From: Oligoflexia bacterium
GTDB lineage: Bacteria > Bdellovibrionota > Bdellovibrionia > JABDDW01
Assembly: GCA_043732305.1 (NCBI GenBank)
Contig: JAYTHU010000094.1
Coordinates: 562 to 64,561 of the forward strand
Reading direction: 5' to 3'
Length of the DNA stretch: 64,000 nucleotides
Of this stretch, positions 36,139-44,402 are shown piece by piece. Positions within the stretch are counted from its first letter, which is position 1; each line of letters begins with the position of its first letter. Made by a program: the position numbers and the translations under genes. The notes beneath the pieces are model-generated. The model was not told the DNA's origin. It ran no database searches and saw only the letters and a program-made list of their open reading frames with translations.

Positions 36139-36936
36139 TTACTTAGCGATCTTCTGAATGATAGCGCTCTCAATTCCAGTGTCCTTGATGATTTTGGCGC
36201 GGTATTCCATTGCGGATTTGCGGTCATCTAGAGTGCCTGCGCTCACGCGGTACCATTTTTTGCCGTTCACGTCGGCAGGAACAATAAAGGCGCTCACGCC
36301 TTTGGCTTTGAGCTCGCCTATTTTTTTGTTTGCTTCAGCTTCTGAGGCAACAGCGGCAAACTGAACAGTGAATTTGTCCAAGACTGAATTTTTTAATTCT
36401 TTAGGCTTTGCAACTACGACAGTCTTTGTGTCTGTTATAGCGCTCGATGTTGCAGCACTCGAAGGCATACGGGAGTCACTAGCAGCTAATCTTTTAGCCA
36501 CTCTATTGATCTCGTCATGAATAGAGGCAGAGTCGGGGACGGACTTCTTGGGAGCCGCAACGGCATCTGCAGCATCTGTTGATTCATTCTTGGCAGTGGC
36601 TGAGTCTGCTGCTGCAGGAGTTGTGTCTGCTTTTTCTTTATTCACGAATTCGTCAGAAAGCTTTGCTATTTCCTCTTCAGAAATAGCTTGGTTGGGCTCT
36701 GCTTTTCTTTCAGGAATAGATGCTGTCACGCGATCATTGTTTTCAGTTTCGAGATCAGCAATTTTGTGCTGACTGTCACTGAATTGCTTGCCAACAAACG
36801 TTCCAACTGAGAACGAAAGTAGAGAGAGGAAAAACACAAGCACGAGTTTGATCAGTGTATCTGTCCTTGAGCCACCGTTTTGATTCTTCATTTCTATATG
36901 CCCCTTCATAAAATTTACTGAGTTATTACAGCCCAT
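36139..36936 (-). CDS. SPOR-domain cell-division/septal peptidoglycan-binding protein.
   Basis: N-terminal TM helix and a charged/Ala-rich linker. The C-terminal SPOR fold is FTVQFAAVASEAEANKKIGELKAKGVSAFIV...WYRVSAGTL..AMEYRAKI. Confidence 0.75.
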   Translation of the reverse strand: MGCNNSVNFMKGHIEMKNQNGGSRTDTLIKLVLVFFLSLLSFSVGTFVGKQFSDSQHKIADLETENNDRVTASIPERKAEPNQAISEEEIAKLSDEFVNKEKADTTPAAADSATAKNESTDAADAVAAPKKSVPDSASIHDEINRVAKRLAASDSRMPSSAATSSAITDTKTVVVAKPKELKNSVLDKFTVQFAAVASEAEANKKIGELKAKGVSAFIVPADVNGKKWYRVSAGTLDDRKSAMEYRAKIIKDTGIESAIIQKIAK

Positions 36937-37052
36937 GGTTATTGTTGCGGACCTGAGACTTTATAATACAGACCTAGGCAGCTAGCTGTCAATTGCCAGA
37001 CCAGCCTCATTTCCGTCTTTTAGACCATGGGCTAGTATGCTAGGTTCTTGCC

Positions 37053-37850
37053 ATGGACAAGAAGCAGCAAAATCACCTGTTAAAAGTAGCCAACCTCGCG
37101 GCCTTCGAGGGTGGGAAAATTGCGCTCAAATATTTCCGTAAACTTAAAAAGATAGACATCAAAGAAGGCGCAGGTCTAGTTTCTGAAGCCGATCGCGAAA
37201 GCGAAGCCGTCATTCGAAGGATTATTAAAAAGAAATTTCCAGAGCATTTATTCTTAGGTGAAGAGACCTCAGTAAAAGACGAAGTGCTTTCAAGCGATAA
37301 AGGTCTTTGGGTGGTTGACCCTATCGATGGCACTACAAATTACGTTCATGGATTCCCGATGTTCTGCGTTTCTATTGGGTTTGAATTCAAAGGTGTGATT
37401 GAAGTTGGTGTCGTTTACGCCCCTCTTTTAAAATACACTTTCACTGCTATTCGTGGTCGCGGAGCTTTCATGAATGGAAAGCCCATTTCTGTAAGCAAAA
37501 CTGAAACTTTGGAAGATAGCCTTCTTGCTACGGGTTTTAGTTACATGAGAAACGAAGTTCTCCAAGATGAATTACGTCGCTTTAAAATTTTCTCCGAAAA
37601 ATCTCGAGGTTTGAGACGGGCTGGAAGTGCGGCACTCGATATGTGTTTTGTTGCTGCTGGTATTTTTGACGGTTTCTGGGAACGAGAATTGGCTCCTTGG
37701 GACACCGCTGCCGGCTCTTTAATCGTTCGAGAAGCGGGTGGAGAAGTAAGCAATTTTAACGGTGATCCTTTTCATTATATGATGAAGTCGGTGGTTGCCG
37801 GAAACAGCAAAATCAGTAGTCAAATCAAAGAAATAATCCAAGGAGATTAG
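37053..37850 (+). CDS. suhB: Inositol monophosphatase family protein.
   Basis: WVVDPIDGTTNYVHG metal-binding motif. Also EE(T/S) and DxxxG motifs. Confidence 0.85.
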   Translation: MDKKQQNHLLKVANLAAFEGGKIALKYFRKLKKIDIKEGAGLVSEADRESEAVIRRIIKKKFPEHLFLGEETSVKDEVLSSDKGLWVVDPIDGTTNYVHGFPMFCVSIGFEFKGVIEVGVVYAPLLKYTFTAIRGRGAFMNGKPISVSKTETLEDSLLATGFSYMRNEVLQDELRRFKIFSEKSRGLRRAGSAALDMCFVAAGIFDGFWERELAPWDTAAGSLIVREAGGEVSNFNGDPFHYMMKSVVAGNSKISSQIKEIIQGD

Positions 37851-38282
37851 TTAGTCGCGGGATGAATCTACTGGGAAATATTTCGTCATGTGACCGTAGC
37901 GGCGATAGCTCCCCTCGTCTGGTTGCTGCAATACGGGCTCAATTTCGACACTCGAAATTTTCAAAATTACTATTCCATTCGGATTTTTAAAATAGTCAAT
38001 TGTATACGTGCCTTGATCAGTCTGACCGGTAAAGGTAAGCATTTGACCTGGGGAAGCTTTGCTTTGCAAAATCGAAGCTATATTTTCTGCAAGCAATCTC
38101 ATCGCCTTCGGTTTGTCTGCAGAAATCCCTGGCCATTCATCTGCTGTCGTCGCGTTGAACTGCACGTTCTCCTGATTTTTTATGCTAACCTCCTCAGAAA
38201 TTTTGGCTATTTTTTCCCTGCAATTACCGGCAAAAGTTTGAACAGAATAAAGAGCAAATAATGTAGCGAAGAGTGTCCTCAT
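37851..38282 (-). CDS. Small secreted hypothetical protein.
   Basis: 143 aa with signal peptide MRTLFATLFALYSVQTFA. No recognised domain. It is divergent from the flagellar operon promoter. Confidence 0.45.
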   Translation of the reverse strand: MRTLFATLFALYSVQTFAGNCREKIAKISEEVSIKNQENVQFNATTADEWPGISADKPKAMRLLAENIASILQSKASPGQMLTFTGQTDQGTYTIDYFKNPNGIVILKISSVEIEPVLQQPDEGSYRRYGHMTKYFPVDSSRD

Positions 38283-38548
38283 AATGTCCTCTTCATTTGC
38301 AACAGTCAGACCAACTCGAATACCGATTTGCTTTGAATTGACCGATTTAAAATTAAAAAAAGAACGATAACATTTTTACTATGTGGCGTAGTGCCATATT
38401 GCTCAAAACTCTAGCACTAGACATTCGTATTGAACATCGGAAATACCCGCCAAAATTCTGACCTCACGTTACTACTTATTGGCGATCTTTGCCTCGCGAC
38501 GCGCCCACACTTCAAGCACTTACAGCATATTTCTCGGCGAAGGTCGTG

Positions 38549-38563
38549 TGGCACTGAGCTTGC
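38549..38563 (+). promoter_or_regulatory. Sigma-54 (RpoN) -24/-12 promoter upstream of fliL.
   Basis: TGGCAC-tgagc-TTGCt, a perfect match to the TGGCAC-N5-TTGC(A/T) consensus. It sits about 55 nt upstream of the GGGAGG ribosome-binding site and GTG start of fliL. Confidence 0.75.
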
Positions 38564-38615
38564 TTTGTGATTATCAATGACAGTGTATGTGTCAGATGTG
38601 TCAGGGAGGATACAA

Positions 38616-39176
38616 GTGGCGGACGAAAAAAAGGAAGAGTCAAAACCGACAGTCGCAGTAGCACCCGTTTCATCGGGGTCGCCTGGACCGCAAAAACCAA
38701 TTGTGCTTATCGCAATCGCTGCGTTAAATATGATCTCAATGGGAGCTGTAGCTTTCATCTTATGGAGTTCACATAAAGCAGATCAGAAAAAAGCGCGACT
38801 CGATGACGTGGTTGAAGCGGTTCATAAAACCGACTCTGAACGTGATCCGTCTTCCATAAACAAGGAAGATATTGTTGGAAAGCTAATTCCGATGGAAACT
38901 TTCTTGGTGAATCTTGCCGGCAGTCGCGGGAGTAAGCTTGTTAAAATGAATATTGAGCTTGAAGTCGACAATGAAGCGGCTCTTGCTGAAATTGTACGTC
39001 GCAAGCCCCAAATCAGAGACAAAGTTATCATTCTTCTTTCCAGCAAAAATTATGAATTTATGAGTTCTAAAGAAGGTAAGCTCGCCCTTCGAGACGAAAT
39101 CAAAGATGTCGTCAATGAGTTCATGGCCAATGGAAAGATTAAAAATATTTATTTCACTGACCTGGTGGTGAACTAA
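38616..39176 (+). CDS. fliL: Flagellar basal-body-associated protein FliL.
   Basis: Single TM helix (IVLIAIAALNMISMGAVAFILW) and the FliL core (ETFLVNL...KLVKMNIELEV). The preferred start is GTG 38616, 6 nt after GGGAGG. The track ATG at 38577 would sit at the predicted sigma-54 transcription start. Confidence 0.8.
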   Translation: MADEKKEESKPTVAVAPVSSGSPGPQKPIVLIAIAALNMISMGAVAFILWSSHKADQKKARLDDVVEAVHKTDSERDPSSINKEDIVGKLIPMETFLVNLAGSRGSKLVKMNIELEVDNEAALAEIVRRKPQIRDKVIILLSSKNYEFMSSKEGKLALRDEIKDVVNEFMANGKIKNIYFTDLVVN

Positions 39177-40174
39177 TGAATCAGGTGTTGTCGCAAAATG
39201 AAGTTGATGCGCTATTAGCAGCGGTTTCAGACGGCGAAGTTGCCGGTGGGGCCGATGGTTCCGGCGGCGGCAGTGGAAATGATCCTGGCGTTATTGTTTA
39301 CGATCTCACGAGCCAAGATAGAATCATTCGCGGACGCATGCCGCAGCTTGATGTCATTTATGAAAAATTCATGCGCGCCTTTCGCGTTTCTCTCTCTTCA
39401 GCTTTGAGAAAAATAGCTTCACTCAATCACGCGTCTACGGATTTTTTGAAGTTCGGCGAATTTATTAATACCCTTCCTATTCCTACTTGCATGAGCGTTC
39501 TGCGTTTCAATGCGCTCCGTGGATCTGCACTTATTGTTGTTGAAAGTAAACTCGCCTACGCATTGGTGGATAGTTTCTTGGGTGGTGTGGACAGACCTTA
39601 CACCAAAATTGAAGGCAAAGAATTCACCGCGATCGAATTGAGTATTGTAAGACGCGTAGTGGAACTTGCTCTTGCAGATTTAGAAACCGCCTGGGCTTCG
39701 GTCACAACTATTGATGCTAGTTTTGTGCGAACGGAAATCAATCCTCAGTTTGTTGGAATTGTTCCTCCTACAGATGTGGTCATTGCTTCCACTTTCGATG
39801 TCGAATTGGAAAACGCAAATGGAACAATCACTTTAGTCATTCCTTACTCGACGATCGAACCTATCAAACAAAAACTATCTAATGGTTTTCAAGTGGAATC
39901 CGATCAAACGGACAAAAAACTTTGGACTTCTGTTTTGCGTCAGCAGTTTATTGATACAGACGTGGAACTCAAAGTTTTGCTCGGTACCACACAGGTCGAC
40001 ATGAGTGAACTCTTGAATATGCAAGTGGGAGATGTCATTCCTCTCGATCAAGACGCAACCGGTGAACTTAATTTGGAAGTCGAAGGCGTCAAAAAATTCA
40101 AATGTTATTACGGCATCAGCCACGGAAACGTGGCAGTACAAGTCACAAAAGTTTTCAAAGATAAACACGGATAA
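39176..40174 (+). CDS. fliM: Flagellar motor switch protein FliM.
   Basis: N-terminus MNQVLSQNEVDALL is the CheY-P binding motif. A middle FliM domain and a C-terminal SpoA-like segment follow. Confidence 0.9.
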   Translation: MNQVLSQNEVDALLAAVSDGEVAGGADGSGGGSGNDPGVIVYDLTSQDRIIRGRMPQLDVIYEKFMRAFRVSLSSALRKIASLNHASTDFLKFGEFINTLPIPTCMSVLRFNALRGSALIVVESKLAYALVDSFLGGVDRPYTKIEGKEFTAIELSIVRRVVELALADLETAWASVTTIDASFVRTEINPQFVGIVPPTDVVIASTFDVELENANGTITLVIPYSTIEPIKQKLSNGFQVESDQTDKKLWTSVLRQQFIDTDVELKVLLGTTQVDMSELLNMQVGDVIPLDQDATGELNLEVEGVKKFKCYYGISHGNVAVQVTKVFKDKHG

Positions 40175-40206
40175 CCCCGGCGTATAAGCCTTTTTGGGAG
40201 GGATTT

Positions 40207-40590
40207 ATGGCAGACAAAGCATCAGCAGTAGCCCCGATCACAGATATTGGACCCGCAGTAGTAGAAGCAGCACCACAGGATCTTTCAGCCGCGGCGGAAA
40301 AGCCTCGCACCGATGGTGGAAAAGGCAATGAGAGAAATCTCGATTTGATTATGGATATTCCGTTGAAGGTCACGGTCGAACTCGGCCGCGCCAAGATGGT
40401 GGTTCATGATCTTTTAGCTTTGGGACAAGGGTCAGTCATCGAACTTTCGAAATTGGCCGGAGAGCCGATGGAAGTTTTAGTGAATGACAAGCTTGTCGCG
40501 CGCGGTGAAGCGGTTGTAGTCAACGAAAAGTTTGGTGTGCGGCTGACTGATATCATTTCGCCGACTGAACGCATTCAACAGTTAAAATAG
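40207..40590 (+). CDS. fliN: Flagellar motor switch protein FliN.
   Basis: 127 aa with a C-terminal SpoA domain (IPLKVTVELGRAKMVVHDLLALGQGSVIEL...). Confidence 0.9.
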   Translation: MADKASAVAPITDIGPAVVEAAPQDLSAAAEKPRTDGGKGNERNLDLIMDIPLKVTVELGRAKMVVHDLLALGQGSVIELSKLAGEPMEVLVNDKLVARGEAVVVNEKFGVRLTDIISPTERIQQLK

Positions 40591-40600
40591 GGGCTAATCG

Positions 40601-41383
40601 GTGAACCAAAGAATGAAATTTTCGAGTTTGATTTCAATCATTTTTGTTTGTGGTATTTTATTTGCTTCAACTCACAGTGCCGCAGATAGCAAAATAACTG
40701 TTGCTCCTGCTGCTGCAGGAACTTTGGACGCAGAGGTTTTGTCTTTGGTCAAAACCGCGACCGAACCCACCCCGACCTCGACATCTGGGGCGACGCAGTC
40801 ATCTACAGACTCAAAAATTGGAGATATCAAAATCCCCGATGGTAAAGATGCTGTTAAGGCTTCGGCAATGGCTTCGATAGCAGAAGAGTCTCTTCCCGTT
40901 TTTAAAGCGATCGCCGTTAAAACTGACAAAGCTGATAAAAAAACAAGCGTGTGGATTTGGCTGCGCATGCTCGGAAGTCTTGCCGTTGTTTTGACAATGT
41001 TTATTGGCGGAGTCTATGGATTTAAAAAGATGCCCATGGCCAATAAAATGGGCCAAAAAGCAAAAATGATTCATGTTTTGGGCCAGCATCATTTGGGTGC
41101 GAAAAAATCTCTCGCAGTCGTTCGAGTTGCCGGTGAAACAGTTTTGATTGGAATCACCGACAACAATATTTCCATTTTAAAAACATTAAGTCTTCTTGAT
41201 GACGATCTCCCTGGAGAAACCGTCAGTAAGAAATCAAATTTCGCATCTACCTTAAAAAATCAAGTGAACAGGGAAACACTACGAGGCGACGCAGCCGACG
41301 ACTTAACAGAAGAATTCAGCATGCAGGGAATTAAAGACATCGTTAGCAAACGAATCAAAGATTTAAAAGGAAGCCGACAGTGA
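40601..41383 (+). CDS. fliO: Flagellar biosynthesis protein FliO with a long N-terminal extension.
   Basis: The C-terminal ~120 aa (TM helix WIWLRMLGSLAVVLTMFIGGVYGF, then ..SLAVVRVAGETVLIGITDNNISILKTL) is FliO-like. The N-terminal ~130 aa is a signal/TM plus a T/S/A-rich region. Confidence 0.7.
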   Translation: MNQRMKFSSLISIIFVCGILFASTHSAADSKITVAPAAAGTLDAEVLSLVKTATEPTPTSTSGATQSSTDSKIGDIKIPDGKDAVKASAMASIAEESLPVFKAIAVKTDKADKKTSVWIWLRMLGSLAVVLTMFIGGVYGFKKMPMANKMGQKAKMIHVLGQHHLGAKKSLAVVRVAGETVLIGITDNNISILKTLSLLDDDLPGETVSKKSNFASTLKNQVNRETLRGDAADDLTEEFSMQGIKDIVSKRIKDLKGSRQ

Positions 41384-42150
41384 AGAAAATTATTTTCTTT
41401 GCTCTTATTTTAGTAGGCGTGGTTCTGATTCCTTCATCACAAGTGTGGGCTCAAGCCAAGACAGTGGGCGGAATCACTCTTCCCACTTTAAATATGGGAT
41501 TCACTTCTACGCATGATCCCAACGAAGTCGTTAACGTTCTAAAAATTATTATGCTTTTGACTGTTCTTACTTTGGCTCCCGCAATTCTTATCATGATGAC
41601 CAGTTTCACTCGCATTGTGATTGTCTTGGCTTTTTTAAGGCAGGCCTTGGGAACGCAGCAGATGCCTCCAAACCAATTGTTGGTCGGGCTTTCTCTTTTC
41701 CTCACATTCTTCATCATGGCGCCAGCTCTAAATGAAATTAATGTGAACGCGCTTCAACCCTATATGAAGGGAACAATGGCTCAGGAAGATGCGGCTGACG
41801 CAGCCATGAGACCTCTTCGAAAATTCATGTTCAATCAAACTCGGGACACGGATTTGCAATTGTTTATTAAGCTCGGGAGAATTCAAGCCCCACGCACACG
41901 TCAAGATGTTCCTTCACTGGTCCTGATTCCCGCGTTTGTGATTTCTGAACTCAAAACATCTTTTGAAATCGGGTTTGTCATCTATCTGCCGTTTCTCATC
42001 ATTGACATGGTTGTAGCCAGCGTTTTGATGGCAATGGGTATGATGATGGTTCCGCCAATCATAGTCTCGCTACCTTTTAAAATTATGTTGTTTGTGCTTG
42101 TGGATGGATGGGCACTCGTTGTGGGTTCCATTGTTAAAAGTTTCGGCTGA
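41380..42150 (+). CDS. fliP: Flagellar type III export protein FliP.
   Basis: Signal peptide followed by FTRIVIVLAFLRQALG and ..PAFVISELKTSFEIGF.., both FliP hallmarks. Confidence 0.9.
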   Translation: MKKIIFFALILVGVVLIPSSQVWAQAKTVGGITLPTLNMGFTSTHDPNEVVNVLKIIMLLTVLTLAPAILIMMTSFTRIVIVLAFLRQALGTQQMPPNQLLVGLSLFLTFFIMAPALNEINVNALQPYMKGTMAQEDAADAAMRPLRKFMFNQTRDTDLQLFIKLGRIQAPRTRQDVPSLVLIPAFVISELKTSFEIGFVIYLPFLIIDMVVASVLMAMGMMMVPPIIVSLPFKIMLFVLVDGWALVVGSIVKSFG

Positions 42151-42165
42151 GAAAGGTTCTCTAAA

Positions 42166-42435
42166 ATGTCACCAGAACTCGTGATGTCAATCGGCCAAGA
42201 GGCCATTAAAACAATGTTGCTCTTATCCGCACCTCTTTTGATTTGCGCGCTAGTGGTTGGTCTCGCTGTCAGTATTTTTCAAGCTGTGACCCAAATCAAT
42301 GAAGCCACATTGTCATTCGTTCCTAAAATTGTGGCGATTGTTGTGACTTTAATTTTTTGTGGACCTTGGATGATCGATGTGATGAGCCGATTCACCATCA
42401 CGCTTTATGACAATATTTCAACTTACGTGAGGTAA
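42166..42435 (+). CDS. fliQ: Flagellar export protein FliQ.
   Basis: 89 aa with two TM helices and typical FliQ sequence (GLAVSIFQAVTQINEATLSFVPK). Confidence 0.9.
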   Translation: MSPELVMSIGQEAIKTMLLLSAPLLICALVVGLAVSIFQAVTQINEATLSFVPKIVAIVVTLIFCGPWMIDVMSRFTITLYDNISTYVR

Positions 42436-42441
42436 GAAAGA

Positions 42442-43224
42442 GTGTTTGAGATCTACAAATTCAGTGAAACGGAATTTATAGCGTTTGCGCTGATGCTCGT
42501 ACGCATCTCAGCTTGCCTTGTCACAATGCCTATCTTTGGAAACCGAGACATTCCTGCTCACGTCAAAGTTCTCTTCAGTTTACTCATCACTATGATTTTA
42601 TTCTCAAGTGCCAGAGCCCACATCTTAGCCACCACGCACATTGAATCCCAAGATTTGATCTTGCTTACTTTACGTGAAGCTTTTTTAGGAACCTTGATTG
42701 GGTTTTTATGTCGCGGAATTTTTTGGGCCGTGCAGATGGCGGGACAGTTGCTGGGCTTTTCAATTGGGTTCAGTGCCGCGCAAGCTTTTAATCCTGCTTT
42801 GGGTGACACGGGAACAATGATTGAGCAGTTTCAATCCATTCTCGCGATGCTTTTGTTTTTAGGAATCAATGGGCATCACTGGATGATTCGAGCAATCGCC
42901 CAGAGTTTTGAACTGGTGCCTCTCTCGCTCACTACAATTAAAACGGAAACCATTTACGGATTAGGAAATTACATCCAGACGATTTCTGAAATCGCGGTCA
43001 AGCTTTCTGCTCCTATGATGGCGGTAATTATTTTTCTCAACGGCGCTATGGGAATTGTTGGTAGAGCCGTTCCTCAGATAAATACGTTTGTGACGAGTTT
43101 CCCGGTGAATATTTTGGTTGGGCTTTTTGTGTTTATGGTTTCTATTCCACTGCTTTTAACTGTGATGGAAAATGATTTTGCCAGAATGACCGTTATTGTT
43201 TTCCAATTTATTAAAGCGTTTTAG
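42442..43224 (+). CDS. fliR: Flagellar export protein FliR.
   Basis: 260-aa polytopic membrane protein immediately after fliQ, with conserved FliR architecture. Confidence 0.85.
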   Translation: MFEIYKFSETEFIAFALMLVRISACLVTMPIFGNRDIPAHVKVLFSLLITMILFSSARAHILATTHIESQDLILLTLREAFLGTLIGFLCRGIFWAVQMAGQLLGFSIGFSAAQAFNPALGDTGTMIEQFQSILAMLLFLGINGHHWMIRAIAQSFELVPLSLTTIKTETIYGLGNYIQTISEIAVKLSAPMMAVIIFLNGAMGIVGRAVPQINTFVTSFPVNILVGLFVFMVSIPLLLTVMENDFARMTVIVFQFIKAF

Positions 43225-43250
43225 TTTTAGATTTATAAAAGGGGAGCCTT

Positions 43251-44402
43251 TTGGCAGAAGATAGTTCAGAAGAAAAAACAGAAGCACCGACGCAGCAACG
43301 TCGGGACGACTTTAGAAAGTCGGGCCAAGTCGCTCAAAGCCGCGAGATCGGAAGCATTCTTGTACTTCTTGGTGTTGCTGTGGTTTTTTACTTTCTGTCC
43401 AAAGACTTCATCCTTCAGATAGAAACTTTGTTTAAATCCGCATTCACAGATTATTTTCTGTTGGCAGCACGCAGCGGAGACATGATTCCCGCATTGAGAT
43501 TTTGTTTTGAACGTGGATTTGCGATCATCACGCCTATTTTTGCGGTAGCTATGATCACCGGCACTGCGGCGACAGTCATGCAGATTGGATTTTTGGCCGC
43601 TTGGGAACATATCAGTCCGGATATCGAGCGTATTAATCCCGTTAGCGGTTTTGCCCGACTTTTTAAAATGCGAAATCTCATTGAAGGCGCAAAATCTGTT
43701 TTGAAAGTTAGTGTCATTAGTTTTATCGCATACCTGACAATTAAAAAAGAAATGCAGTTCACTCCCCAGATGGTCTTGCTTTCGGTTCCCCAAATCCTAT
43801 CTTACATTGGGCATGTGCTTTTTAAACTATTCGGAAGCATCAGTGCTCTCATGGCTTTTGTGGCGATGCTTGATTACGGATTTCAAAAGTGGGAATTAGA
43901 GAAGCGCATGCGCATGAGCAAGCAAGAAATCAAAGAAGAGTACAAACAGCGTGAAGGTGATCCGCTTATTAAATCACGGATCAAGAGAATCGCTCGTGAG
44001 CTCGCACAAAAGCGCATGATGGATCAAGTTCCCAAAGCAGATGTCATCATCACTAATCCCACTCACATTGCTGTGGCCATAAAATATGATCGCACATCTA
44101 TGGCGGCTCCCGCCCTCATTGCTAAAGGTGCTGACCTCATTGCAGAAAAAATGAAGCAGGTCGCGCGGGCGCACGGAATTCCTGTAGTCGAGAATAAAAT
44201 GCTAGCTCGTACTATTTTCAAAACTATGAAAGTGGGACACGGTATTCCTAAATCTTTATATCATGCGGTCGCAGAAATCTTAGCTTACGTTTACCGAATT
44301 AAAGGGAGACTTCAACAGGTGACCAGAGAATTAAATAGTGACGTCGTGAAACCGGCTCGGGGCACTAATATGGTTAATGCAAACGGAGAAGTTAATTTAT
44401 GA
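43251..44402 (+). CDS. flhB: Flagellar export switch protein FlhB.
   Basis: N-terminal TM domain and the NPTH autocleavage motif (ITNPTHIAVAIKYD). Confidence 0.9.
   Translation: MAEDSSEEKTEAPTQQRRDDFRKSGQVAQSREIGSILVLLGVAVVFYFLSKDFILQIETLFKSAFTDYFLLAARSGDMIPALRFCFERGFAIITPIFAVAMITGTAATVMQIGFLAAWEHISPDIERINPVSGFARLFKMRNLIEGAKSVLKVSVISFIAYLTIKKEMQFTPQMVLLSVPQILSYIGHVLFKLFGSISALMAFVAMLDYGFQKWELEKRMRMSKQEIKEEYKQREGDPLIKSRIKRIARELAQKRMMDQVPKADVIITNPTHIAVAIKYDRTSMAAPALIAKGADLIAEKMKQVARAHGIPVVENKMLARTIFKTMKVGHGIPKSLYHAVAEILAYVYRIKGRLQQVTRELNSDVVKPARGTNMVNANGEVNL

Noticed and set aside
38417-38758. 113-aa minus-strand ORF spanning the fliL promoter and the 5' end of fliL.
   Set aside because: It overlaps the perfect sigma-54 promoter and the fliL ribosome-binding site and start. 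It has Cys-rich odd composition and no ribosome-binding site. It is almost certainly not a gene.
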